A DNA stretch of 61,944 bases. Origin: Bacteroidota bacterium. Its GTDB lineage: Bacteria; Bacteroidota; Bacteroidia; Bacteroidales; UBA12077. The translations under genes and the position numbers were made by a program. The stretch lies in NCBI GenBank assembly GCA_034189025.1, contig JAXHVS010000078.1:1-61944 (forward strand). The letters run 5' to 3'. Below, in pieces: positions 28,411 through 36,958 of this stretch. The notes below the pieces were generated by a model. It was not told where the DNA came from, searched no databases, and saw nothing but the letters and a program-made list of their open reading frames with translations. Positions within the stretch are counted from its first letter, which is position 1, and each line of letters begins with the position of its first letter.

Positions 28411-29439
28411 CTAATACCTCCACTTATTTGCCAGTGCCACCAGCGATAACATAACAGGTACTTCCACCAGGACACCAACAACTGTTACCAATGCAGCCGG
28501 TGAATTTAAGCCGAAAAGCGCAATAGCCACAGCTACAGCCAGTTCGAAAAAATTACTGGCACCAATCATGGCTGCCGGGGCACAGGTAGCGTGTGGAAGT
28601 TTCAGCTTTCTGCCGCCAAACCAGGCCAGGAAAAAGATAAAGTAGGTCTGGATAACCAATGGCACTGCAGCCAGCAAAATGATAAACGGATTATTCAGTA
28701 TATTTTGTCCCTGAAAAGCAAACAGCAGCACCAGGGTAATTAAAAGGGCTATAATACTTACGGGCTTTAGTTTGGGTAAAAATACTTTTTTGAACCACTT
28801 TTCGCCGCGCCGTCGTATCAGCAACCGCTGGGTAATTACGCCGGCTACCAGCGGAATCACCACAAAAATAATCACACTGGCTACCAGTGTGTCATAAGGA
28901 ATGCTAATATTGGTTATTCCGAGCAATAATCCCACAATGGGCACAAAAGCGGCCAAAATAATCAGGTCGTTTACCGAAACCTGCACCAGGGTGTAATTGG
29001 GGTCGCCATCGGTAAGGTAGCTCCACACAAAAACCATCGCGGTACAGGGAGCTGCTCCCAGTATAATAGCACCGGCAATGTATTCGCCAGCCAGTGCAGG
29101 GTCAATCCATGCAGCATAAATTTTGGAGAAAAATACCCAGGCAAAAAAGGCCATGGAAAAGGGCTTAATCGCCCAGTTAATGATCAACGTCCATATTACT
29201 CCGCGAGGTTTTTTTCCAATTTTTTTAATACTGGTAAAATCAACCTGGAGCATCATAGGGTAAATCATTAACCAAATCAATACAGCTACAGGAATATTTA
29301 CTTTGGCAAACTCAAGGCTGCTGATAACTTCTATTGAATCGCCAAAAAACCAACCAAGGCCAATGCCGGCAAGGATACCCAGGGCCACCCAGAGGGTTAA
29401 ATATTTTTCAAAGAATCCGATCTGTTTTTTTTGTGGCAT
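28411..29439 (-). CDS. acr3: ACR3-family arsenite efflux transporter
   Basis: FFEKYLTLWV, LIWLMIYPMM, APCTAMVFVWS, GASNFFELAVAVA and GVLVEVPVM. Confidence 0.95.
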   Translation of the reverse strand: MPQKKQIGFFEKYLTLWVALGILAGIGLGWFFGDSIEVISSLEFAKVNIPVAVLIWLMIYPMMLQVDFTSIKKIGKKPRGVIWTLIINWAIKPFSMAFFAWVFFSKIYAAWIDPALAGEYIAGAIILGAAPCTAMVFVWSYLTDGDPNYTLVQVSVNDLIILAAFVPIVGLLLGITNISIPYDTLVASVIIFVVIPLVAGVITQRLLIRRRGEKWFKKVFLPKLKPVSIIALLITLVLLFAFQGQNILNNPFIILLAAVPLVIQTYFIFFLAWFGGRKLKLPHATCAPAAMIGASNFFELAVAVAIALFGLNSPAALVTVVGVLVEVPVMLSLVALANKWRY

Positions 29440-29441
29440 AG

Positions 29442-29876
29442 TTAATTTAATATTTTGGGTTTTATTTCGTCGATATACAATTTATAGAATGATTCTTTAA
29501 TTCTATCGCGGTTTTTTCGGAATTCATTCCAGATATACTCATCGGTTCCTGTAGCTTCCGACGGGTCTTCAAAACCCATATGCAAACGGTGTTTTACTTT
29601 GCCCATAAAAGCCGGGCAGGCTTCGTTGGCACCACCGCAAACGGTTATTACATAATCCCATTCATCGTTTAAATATAAATCTAATGAATCGGAGGTGTGA
29701 TGACTAATGTCAATTCCAATCTCTTTCATCACGGCAACCGCTTTTTCGTTCAGCTTTCCGGATGCTTCGGTGCCGGCCGAACGGACGTAAAGGTTCTTGT
29801 CAAACGATTGTAAAAAACCGTGTGCCATCTGACTGCGGCACGAATTTCCTGTACAAAGAATTAATATTTTTATCAT
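29442..29876 (-). CDS. arsC: Thioredoxin-dependent arsenate reductase (LMW-PTP fold)
   Basis: P-loop CTGNSCRSQMA, TVC..A.E.CP and FEDP. Confidence 0.93.
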   Translation of the reverse strand: MIKILILCTGNSCRSQMAHGFLQSFDKNLYVRSAGTEASGKLNEKAVAVMKEIGIDISHHTSDSLDLYLNDEWDYVITVCGGANEACPAFMGKVKHRLHMGFEDPSEATGTDEYIWNEFRKNRDRIKESFYKLYIDEIKPKILN

Positions 29877-29883
29877 ATCTTCG

Positions 29884-30231
29884 CTATAGTTTACAGTTTA
29901 CCTCAGCTCCTCTGGTTATTTCTTCGAAAAAACCATTGATTAATTTTTTTAAATCTTTAATGCAATCTTCACACAAACAATAATTTACCTTTAGGCCTTC
30001 AATTTGTCCTTTGATTAGGCCTACTTTTTTTAGTTCCTGCAAATGTTGCGAAACGGTAGTGCGGCTTAAGGGTATTTCTTTGCTGATATCGCCCGATATA
30101 CATGTTTTGCATTGGGCCAAATAGCGCAAAATAGCCAGCCGTGCAGGGTGGCTCATGACTCTCGACAGCTCGGCAATGCGCTGCAGGTCTTCTTCAAAAA
30201 GGGATGATTTTTTATGGGTCATTTTTCGCAT
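29884..30231 (-). CDS. arsR: ArsR/SmtB family repressor (Cys-rich)
   Basis: SHPARLAIL..L...TCISGD, LSRTTVSQHLQELK and NYCL; the -7 box TATGTTTG at 30244-30251 implies a start at 30231 or 30222 rather than 30273. Confidence 0.88.
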   Translation of the reverse strand: MRKMTHKKSSLFEEDLQRIAELSRVMSHPARLAILRYLAQCKTCISGDISKEIPLSRTTVSQHLQELKKVGLIKGQIEGLKVNYCLCEDCIKDLKKLINGFFEEITRGAEVNCKL

Positions 30232-30285
30232 TGTTTTATGTCGCAAACATACTACATAGTTTAAGGTTTTCAAATTTTTTTATGT

Positions 30286-30405
30286 TAAATTTGGGTTAAC
30301 CCCGACACTTCGTGAACGGTTCATGCAGTGGGCGATAACCTTTAGCTCATGACCAAAGGGAATAATCACTCAATTTGGGTATTGTTTCTTATTGAGATAG
30401 GGAGA
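30286..30405 (+). promoter_or_regulatory. Promoter followed by a candidate structured 5' leader RNA
   Basis: TAAATTTG at 30286-30293, then a GC-richer multi-hairpin segment (see findings). Confidence 0.4.
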
Positions 30406-30445
30406 ATTGTTATATCTTAGCCATGTATTAACCGTTTGCTTAAGT

Positions 30446-31083
30446 ATGGTTTGTTGTCCGTTATGTTGTAATAATGAACCTTTTGAGACAGTTAATGGAA
30501 TTGATAAAAAAGATTATCGCTATTATCGTGTTTGCAAACTTATTTTTTCTTATCCGAAAGATTTGCCTACCCTTGAAGAAGAAAGAAATTGTTACCTGCA
30601 ACATAGGAATGGGATAGAAGATAAAAGATATGTACAATTTTTAAATCAGGCAGTTATACCTGCTATGGATTATCTGCAACAGGGAATGGAATGCCTGGAT
30701 TTTGGTTGCGGACCTGTTCCTACCTTAAGTATCATGGTTAAAAGAAATGGCTTACCATACGATGATTAAGACCCACTGTTTTTTAAAGAACTGCCGGGGA
30801 AAAGTATGATGCCATTTTTGCTACTGAATGTTTTGAGCATTTCTATCATCCTGTAAAAGAGATAAAAACCATCACCTCGCATCTGTAAAAAGAGGGTTAT
30901 TTAATTTTGATGACTCAACTATGGAAAGGGTTGGAGCGGTTTCATTTATAGTATTACACTAACGATGATACCCATGTTGTTTTTTACCATAAAGACACTA
31001 TCCGCCTTATTGCAGAAAATTTTGGATTAGAGATAAAACAACTAATTAATAACCGGGTAATAATTTTGCAGAAAAAAGTATAA
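30446..31083 (+). pseudogene. Class I SAM-dependent methyltransferase with N-terminal zinc ribbon, pseudogene
   Basis: CPLC..Y.QH.N..Y..FL..LDFGCGP.P.LS; continues past TAA 30767-30769, a frameshift near 30800 and two more stops as YDAIFATECFEHF..GYLILMT..YYTNDDTHVVFY to TAA at 31083. Confidence 0.85.
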
Positions 31084-31196
31084 TGAAACTCCTCCATTTT
31101 AGAATAATTAATGAAGTGTCCCAAGAAATTATATAATTATATTTTGTTTCTATTTTTTATTTAAAGTAACCACATTTACAGGTAAGATTATGTTTA

Positions 31197-31445
31197 CTTT
31201 GCGAACCTTGTGCTTTCTTTGCGCAACTTAGCGTATAATTAATTTAGTTATAATGCAAAGCAACGCCAAGATTGATGTAGTTTCGCTAAGAAAATTTTTG
31301 TAAAATAGTAAAATTACAAATTAGTTAATTTGTAAACTGCCTCCTGCCACTGCTGACTGCCGCTTTTATTTTCTAACTTTAAAAATATTATAAAATCTGC
31401 GATAATCGCTATAATCTGTGTATTCAATGTATTGAATCTGTGTTC
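31197..31445. repeat. Cluster of three degenerate short-repeat types
   Basis: CTTTGCG/CTTAGCG units mirrored by GCAAAG/CGCCAAG/CGCTAAG (31197-31290); CTGC 6-7-mers (31336-31363); TAATCTGTG-like 9-mers (31393-31445). Confidence 0.55.
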
Positions 31446-31463
31446 TATTATTAAACAACCTGG

Positions 31464-31799
31464 CTACTTCTCCAAACAACTTGCACAAAGCCTGATTTCC
31501 GGCCTTATTTTTAACCGCTCTATCGGGATACTTTGGCTGCATTGGTTGCAAATACTAAAATCGGCATCATCGGTAAGTTTTAGTGTTTGCTTAAGCTGTT
31601 CTAATCGCTGGCGGGTATTGCGCATGCTGGCATCGTAGATACTTTTATTGTTGATGGCATCCATTTGTGAAACTCTTCCAATAGCACAATCGGGAGCTAT
31701 CGGTTCGGTAAATTCTTTTAATTGTTCAATTTTTTGTTTTGATTTTTCTATCTGGCTAAGAATTACTTCTTTGATTTCTTTTCGTTGCTGATCTGTCAT
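31464..31799 (-). CDS. TraR/DksA C4 zinc-finger protein
   Basis: PDCAIGRVSQMDAIN coiled-coil tip; CNQC..IPIERL...P...LCASC. Confidence 0.88.
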   Translation of the reverse strand: MTDQQRKEIKEVILSQIEKSKQKIEQLKEFTEPIAPDCAIGRVSQMDAINNKSIYDASMRNTRQRLEQLKQTLKLTDDADFSICNQCSQSIPIERLKIRPEIRLCASCLEK

Positions 31800-31879
31800 T
31801 ATAAAACTGATAGATTCCCGGAAAATTCAGGGAGATTAATTAATAGATGTAGGGTATATGAGATGATTTCTGAGATATT

Positions 31880-32329
31880 TTAGTATGCTCTTCTTTGAAG
31901 GTCGATGGTTCCTTCTTCTTTAGGCTCGGCAACAACTCCAACAATATGTAATGTTTTTGCTCCATCAGGATCATTGGTTATGGCTCTTACGGTACGGCTT
32001 ATTTTGTGGGGGCGAGGGGGTACCCTGAATTCAATGGTTATGGTCCCTTTTTCTCCCGGTAATACGGGTTTTTTGGTCCAGTCAGGAATTTGTGTGCCAC
32101 AACACCCGCTAACGTTTTGTACAATTAGTGGTTTGTCGCCTTTGTTTACAAACTCTACATCCAGTTGAACATCTTCAATCCAGTCCAGGTATATAGTATC
32201 TAGTACCATACGATTATCTTCGGCTAAAAATTCAAATTTTGGGCCGTTGCCAGGTTGAGCAAAAGTTTTATAGTTTAAATTGCAAATGATTGCTGTTATC
32301 AGAGCTGCAAAAACAATTCTTTTTATCAT
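31880..32329 (-). CDS. DUF1573-domain (Ig-like) secreted protein
   Basis: Signal peptide; F.NKGDKPLIV.NV.GCCGT..P.W.K.PVLPGEKG.I. Confidence 0.8.
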   Translation of the reverse strand: MIKRIVFAALITAIICNLNYKTFAQPGNGPKFEFLAEDNRMVLDTIYLDWIEDVQLDVEFVNKGDKPLIVQNVSGCCGTQIPDWTKKPVLPGEKGTITIEFRVPPRPHKISRTVRAITNDPDGAKTLHIVGVVAEPKEEGTIDLQRRAY

Positions 32330-32423
32330 TTTATTCTTAACTTTAAAATAAAATTTTATCCAACAAATTTAGGATATAATTTTAAGATTTGAGAACAATT
32401 TTAATGCCACATTCCCCACTTTT

Positions 32424-32960
32424 TTAGGGTTGTTTAATCTTAAAATTCTTTTTGCCAATAATTTTTTCCATCAAAATACCAATAAGGATTATGGCAGGAA
32501 TAGAAGCTGCTGTTCTTAATAGAGAAAATTTCCATCCCAGGAAACCAATTTCGAAAGTGAGCATTGGGATTTTTATGGTACAAAAAGCTCCTATATAAAT
32601 AAAAATATTGCGTATACTGGCTCCTTTTTTCCATAAAAGATAGGTGACAGGGAATGCTCCGTATAAAGGGCCAACCTGCGCCATGGAAAGGAAAATTACC
32701 AGGATAATCCCTTTTATCCCTGAGCCTTTACCTATATGTTTCTCTACCTTGTCACGGTTAATCCACACATCACCCAGGCCAATCAGAATAAACATTCCCG
32801 GAAGAAAAATTATCATTTCCTGAAAAAACGGATAAAAACGTTCCCTGAATATCAATTTACCCGGTTGGTAATCAATAAAAAAGGATAAAGCAGTGAAAAC
32901 GGAGAAGACACCGATAACCGCTAAATTAATTTTATTTTTTTTGATAAATTGTTTCATCAC
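32424..32960 (-). CDS. Permease, DUF318/ArsP-like half (partner B)
   Basis: MFILIGL.DVW, GPLYGAFP and IKIPMLTFEIGFLG; overlaps the upstream gene by ATGA. Confidence 0.8.
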   Translation of the reverse strand: MMKQFIKKNKINLAVIGVFSVFTALSFFIDYQPGKLIFRERFYPFFQEMIIFLPGMFILIGLGDVWINRDKVEKHIGKGSGIKGIILVIFLSMAQVGPLYGAFPVTYLLWKKGASIRNIFIYIGAFCTIKIPMLTFEIGFLGWKFSLLRTAASIPAIILIGILMEKIIGKKNFKIKQP

Positions 32961-33430
32961 TGGTAGAATATGCTCATAAACAGTCCGATAAGCAATGCTG
33001 CAACAAGAAATAAAAAGTTTCTTATCAGGGACACTTTTTTACCAAAAAATTTAATTTCAATGGGTAATGTAAAGAAGCCAACCATCATTAGGGTGGTCAT
33101 AAAAACAGCAATGACAGAATATCCCACGCCGGATTTAACTAGCATGCCAGCCATTGGATAAGCTACAATGCCCGGAATTAAAGCTATAGAGCCAGCCATG
33201 GCAGCAAAAATATAGCCTGTAATTCCTGATTCCTCGCCTAAATATTCGATAATTAATTCTTCGGGAAGAAAAAACAAGGCTATGCTTACAAGAATAAGTA
33301 CCGAAATGATAGCAGGCAAGAGGTTTAAAAACATTTTTAGCCCTTTTTTGATGCCCAGCCATGTTTTTTGCTTGTCGGCAAAGAAGGAAATAATCAGTGC
33401 TATTAAGACAAAAACGATTAATAGTTTCAT
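32957..33430 (-). CDS. Permease, DUF318/ArsP-like half (partner A)
   Basis: GSIALIPG.VAYP.AG and TTLMMVG..TLP.E..FFG. Confidence 0.8.
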   Translation of the reverse strand: MKLLIVFVLIALIISFFADKQKTWLGIKKGLKMFLNLLPAIISVLILVSIALFFLPEELIIEYLGEESGITGYIFAAMAGSIALIPGIVAYPMAGMLVKSGVGYSVIAVFMTTLMMVGFFTLPIEIKFFGKKVSLIRNFLFLVAALLIGLFMSIFYQ

Positions 33431-33516
33431 TATTTAAAAGTTGCTGGTATGTTATCAGAAAAAATCATAAAAATAATTTAAACAAAGGAACATAAAGATT
33501 TTTGTTTACCCAAAAG

Positions 33517-34836
33517 TTAAAAAATTGTTCCATAAATTAATCCTGAAATGGTAGCCATAACCACAACCAGTAAAACATAAACCAGGGTTTTTTTTGTTCC
33601 AATCACTCCACGGATTACCAGCATATTGGGTAGCGATAACGACGGGCCTGCCAACAACAATGCCAGTGCCGGGCCTTTTCCCATGCCGGCCGAAATCAAG
33701 CCCTGTAAAATGGGAACCTCTGTTAATGTAGCAAAGTACATAAATGCTCCTACAATAGATGCAAAAAAGTTTGAAAATATCGAGTTTCCACCTACTAAAT
33801 TAGCCACCCATTCATTGGGAATTAATCCTGCCATGGCAGTATCGTCGTGAGTAGAGCCTAATAAGAATCCTGCAATCAAAACACCAATGGCCAATAAAGG
33901 CAAAATTTGTTTGGAAAAGTCCCAGGTAGAAAGCGTCCACTCTTTATTATCAGGGTCACGCTTATCGGTTAATGTAACAATACTTAACCCGGCAATACCA
34001 ACGATCATCGGAATGAGTGGAGATGAGCTTATAAAGGCGGAGATGGCGGTAACAATGGCTGCTAACGCAACATATTGCCATTTAAGTTTTAAAATTTTAA
34101 TAAGTGAGTAAATCAATAAAACAGCAAAGCCAGAAGTAATGTACCATTTATTTGACCAAATCCAGTACCATACTCCATCGGTTACTCCTTCGGCAGGTTT
34201 TCCCCAGTTGGCAAATACAAGAATCAAAACCAGTGTAAAAAAGTGAAAAACAGTTTGCCACATCGGGCGTTTTTCTTCTACATCAGGAAAATTTAATTGT
34301 TCTTCACGTTTGGCTTTTTCTTCCTTTCGGTATACGAGTGACATGGCCGAGCCAATGACTATAGCAAAAACTACCGCCCCTACAATTCTTGCAACGCCCA
34401 TTTCAAAGCCTAAAATACGTGCGGTAAGAATTATAGCTAAAATATTGATGGCAGGTCCCGAATATAAAAAAGCTATCGCAGGGCCTAAACCAGCACCTCT
34501 TTTGTGGATACTTGAAAACAATGGTAAAATGGTACAACTACATACAGCCAGTATGGTACCTGAAACAGATGCTACCGTATATGCCACCCATTTTTTTGCT
34601 TTGGCACCGAAATATTTCATCACCGCTCCCTGACTCACAAAAACGGCAATAACACCTGCAATAAAAAAGGCAGGTAACAAACATAAAATCACATGCTCCT
34701 GTGCATACCATTTGGCTAAATCAAACATAGCCATAATGGCTTCGGTAAACCTGGCACTTTCGAGTGGCATGAAATAGGCAAACACAAAAACTATAATTAT
34801 CCAGGTAAGTATCTTAAGTTCTTTTCTTGTTTCCAT
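33517..34836 (-). CDS. ArsP-like (DUF318) permease
   Basis: EHVILCLLPAFFIAG, LAVCSCTILPLF, GPAIAFLYSGPAIN, YFATLTEVP and GPSLSLPNM. Confidence 0.88.
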   Translation of the reverse strand: METRKELKILTWIIIVFVFAYFMPLESARFTEAIMAMFDLAKWYAQEHVILCLLPAFFIAGVIAVFVSQGAVMKYFGAKAKKWVAYTVASVSGTILAVCSCTILPLFSSIHKRGAGLGPAIAFLYSGPAINILAIILTARILGFEMGVARIVGAVVFAIVIGSAMSLVYRKEEKAKREEQLNFPDVEEKRPMWQTVFHFFTLVLILVFANWGKPAEGVTDGVWYWIWSNKWYITSGFAVLLIYSLIKILKLKWQYVALAAIVTAISAFISSSPLIPMIVGIAGLSIVTLTDKRDPDNKEWTLSTWDFSKQILPLLAIGVLIAGFLLGSTHDDTAMAGLIPNEWVANLVGGNSIFSNFFASIVGAFMYFATLTEVPILQGLISAGMGKGPALALLLAGPSLSLPNMLVIRGVIGTKKTLVYVLLVVVMATISGLIYGTIF

Positions 34837-34955
34837 TTTAATCTGCTTATTTAACTTTTTTTTATCATTTTTTTATCATTAGAAATTCGTCGAACAATAA
34901 ACTTTCTTTTTTACTATTTAACAAATGACTGTAAATCAGTAAGTTGTTTTTTAAT

Positions 34956-35657
34956 CTAAAAATAGATGATGATGACATAGTATATTCCAATTCCAATGAA
35001 AATAACCGAAATCACCCTGCGAAACCAGATTTCAAAGATTTTTATGCTATTGTACAATTTTCCAACTCCGGAAATAGTATAAGCCAGTAACCAAGCAAAG
35101 ATAATTACTGGAATTCCGGTGGCAATGGCAAACACAACCGGTAAATATAATCCTGAGGCGCTGCTGATGGTCATTGGAATTAACATGCCAAAGTAGAGTA
35201 CCCCGCTGTAGGGGCAAAAAGCCAGTGCAAACACAATGCCCAGCAATAAAACTTCCCAGTAACTGTTGGTTCCATTTTTCTGAAATTTTTTGGTTAAACC
35301 ACTCATTCCAGGGAATCCTATCTTCAAAATATCCAGCATAAACAGCCCGATAATAATTAATAGAGGGCCCAGTATTTTTTCGCCATACTTTTGAAACCAA
35401 CCGGATATTTTAAACTGGTCGGCACCGATAAAGATGATTACAGCAAGTAATGTATAAGATATCGCTCTTCCCAGGGTATAAACTAATCCATTTTTAAATA
35501 CTTTTTTCTGGTTTTCAACATCCTTGCTGATAAACCCTATGGCTGTGATATTGGTGGCAAGCGGGCATGGACTGATGGCAGTCATCAGTCCGAGCACAAA
35601 TGCTGAAAGTATAGGTAATGAACTGTTGCTCATTAAATTGCTTAAGAACTCTTCCAT
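34956..35657 (-). CDS. ArsG-family / CcdA-DsbD-like membrane protein
   Basis: LGLMTAISPCPLATNI and LAFCPYSG redox-Cys motifs; about 6 TM segments. Confidence 0.85.
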   Translation of the reverse strand: MEEFLSNLMSNSSLPILSAFVLGLMTAISPCPLATNITAIGFISKDVENQKKVFKNGLVYTLGRAISYTLLAVIIFIGADQFKISGWFQKYGEKILGPLLIIIGLFMLDILKIGFPGMSGLTKKFQKNGTNSYWEVLLLGIVFALAFCPYSGVLYFGMLIPMTISSASGLYLPVVFAIATGIPVIIFAWLLAYTISGVGKLYNSIKIFEIWFRRVISVIFIGIGIYYVIIIYF

Positions 35658-35658
35658 A

Positions 35659-36069
35659 TTACATCAAAGAATCTATTTTTTCTTTAATGATTTTTTTCAG
35701 TTTTTCTGGATTCGTTCGGGCATTAATAAATCCTTCGTTGGTAATATTCATTTTATTTTCGCCACTTACAACAATTAAAGTCTGGCCGGAAATGCCAATT
35801 TCTTGTGCTTTTTCTTTGCCATCAGCATCATCAAGGTTGTAGGATACAAATAAAACATCATTCCCGTAAAATTCTTCGATAGCTTCTTTTGTTACATCTT
35901 CTACTGCATTACAGGTTGCACAGCGACGTGTATAATGAAAGTAAAATACTTCAACATTTTCTGCTTTGACGGTAGTTTCGCTTTTTTCATCTTTATTGGC
36001 CTGTGATGTGCACGAAAAGTTTATGCTTATGACAATAAATGCAATGATTAAAAAATTAAATAGTTTCAT
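35659..36069 (-). CDS. ArsF-family thioredoxin-like lipoprotein
   Basis: Lipobox NFSC; EVFYFH.TRRCATC..VE motif; start set at ATG 36069. Confidence 0.8.
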   Translation of the reverse strand: MKLFNFLIIAFIVISINFSCTSQANKDEKSETTVKAENVEVFYFHYTRRCATCNAVEDVTKEAIEEFYGNDVLFVSYNLDDADGKEKAQEIGISGQTLIVVSGENKMNITNEGFINARTNPEKLKKIIKEKIDSLM

Positions 36070-36073
36070 GCGT

Positions 36074-36313
36074 TTATTGGTTTTTAGTGATTTGTTCTTT
36101 GATTTCACTGGCTGATGGAAGTTGGCCTGAAAAAACAACTTTTTCATTGATTACCAACGCAGGTGTAAGCATTACACCATACTCCATAATTTTAGCGATA
36201 TCTTCAATTTTTGAAATGTTTGCATCTACATTCATTTCTGTTACTACATTCCTGGTAATTTTTTCCAATGTTTTGCACTTGGGGCAACCGGTTCCTAAAA
36301 CTTTTATTTCCAT
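36074..36313 (-). CDS. Small redox-active disulfide protein (MTH895/TM0996-like thioredoxin)
   Basis: MEIKVLGTGCPKC..YGVM.TPALVIN; start set at ATG 36313. Confidence 0.9.
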   Translation of the reverse strand: MEIKVLGTGCPKCKTLEKITRNVVTEMNVDANISKIEDIAKIMEYGVMLTPALVINEKVVFSGQLPSASEIKEQITKNQ

Positions 36314-36339
36314 GATATTATTTGTTTTGATGTTTGTAT

Positions 36340-36363
36340 TTCGTAAAACTACGAACAAAAGTA
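36340..36363 (-). promoter_or_regulatory. Promoter -7 box with adjacent ArsR-type operator palindrome
   Basis: TACTTTTG (minus, 36356-36363) followed directly by TTCGTA-GTTT-TACGAA (36340-36355). Confidence 0.6.
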
Positions 36364-36374
36364 TTAAAAAATTT

Positions 36375-36671
36375 TTAGCGTAAAAATTTTAGCATTAATT
36401 TTTTAGCTTCGTCCCATTTTTTTTTATTAAGGCAATATTTAATTTTGGGCGTTTCTATTTCGCCCTGTATTAATCCTGCACTTTTTAATTCCTTTAAGTG
36501 CTGCGATAAAGTAGATTTGGCTATCGGAAGAATATCGGTTAAATCACCGCTATAGCAACACGATTGTTTTCCCAGGTGTTCTAAAATAAAAATCCTTACC
36601 GGATGCGACATGGCCTTTGCATAGCGTGCAAGCTTTTTTTGTTGTGCTGTAAAAATTTCTATTTGCTCCAT
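36375..36671 (-). CDS. ArsR/SmtB family repressor (second copy)
   Basis: KAMSHPVRI.IL..L..QSCCYSGD, AKSTLSQHLKELK and KYCL. Confidence 0.9.
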   Translation of the reverse strand: MEQIEIFTAQQKKLARYAKAMSHPVRIFILEHLGKQSCCYSGDLTDILPIAKSTLSQHLKELKSAGLIQGEIETPKIKYCLNKKKWDEAKKLMLKFLR

Positions 36672-36881
36672 CTTTTTATTTGTTAAGTTGCGAACAAAAT
36701 TACAAAAAGTATTTGATTTTTTAGATTGAGTAATTCATTCTATAATCAGTAGTAAAAATTAACTCAATTTTTTCAAATTTCACGCAATTATATAATGCGC
36801 TACATATCAGATAATTAGTTGTTTTTATAAAAACTATTTGAATGCTTAACTTTTAACAACACAAGAAAAGTTATCAACAAA

Positions 36882-36916
36882 GTGGTAAAAAATGGGAGAA
36901 AGTGGTATATTGTGGT
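36882..36916 (+). promoter_or_regulatory. MraZ binding boxes
   Basis: GTGGT, ATGGG, GTGGT, GTGGT at 10-bp period (36882, 36892, 36902, 36912) upstream of mraZ. Confidence 0.8.
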
Positions 36917-36958
36917 AAATTTTTATATATTTTTACAAGTTAATTAAGATGTTTTTTT

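Noticed and set aside
30767-30951. Stop-codon recoding in the methyltransferase
   Set aside because: Mixed TAA/TAG stops plus a frameshift indicate decay; other genes use the standard code
31366-31638. Short ORFs 31366-31551 and 31432-31638
   Set aside because: They overlap the DksA-like gene and the repeat tract; no coding signature
32424-33430. Frameshifted single permease
   Set aside because: Each half has its own start and N-terminal TM segment and they are coupled by an ATGA overlap, consistent with a genuine two-gene permease
34885-34895. TTCGTCGAAC as a fourth ars operator
   Set aside because: Lacks the N8 spacer and a clear adjacent -7 box
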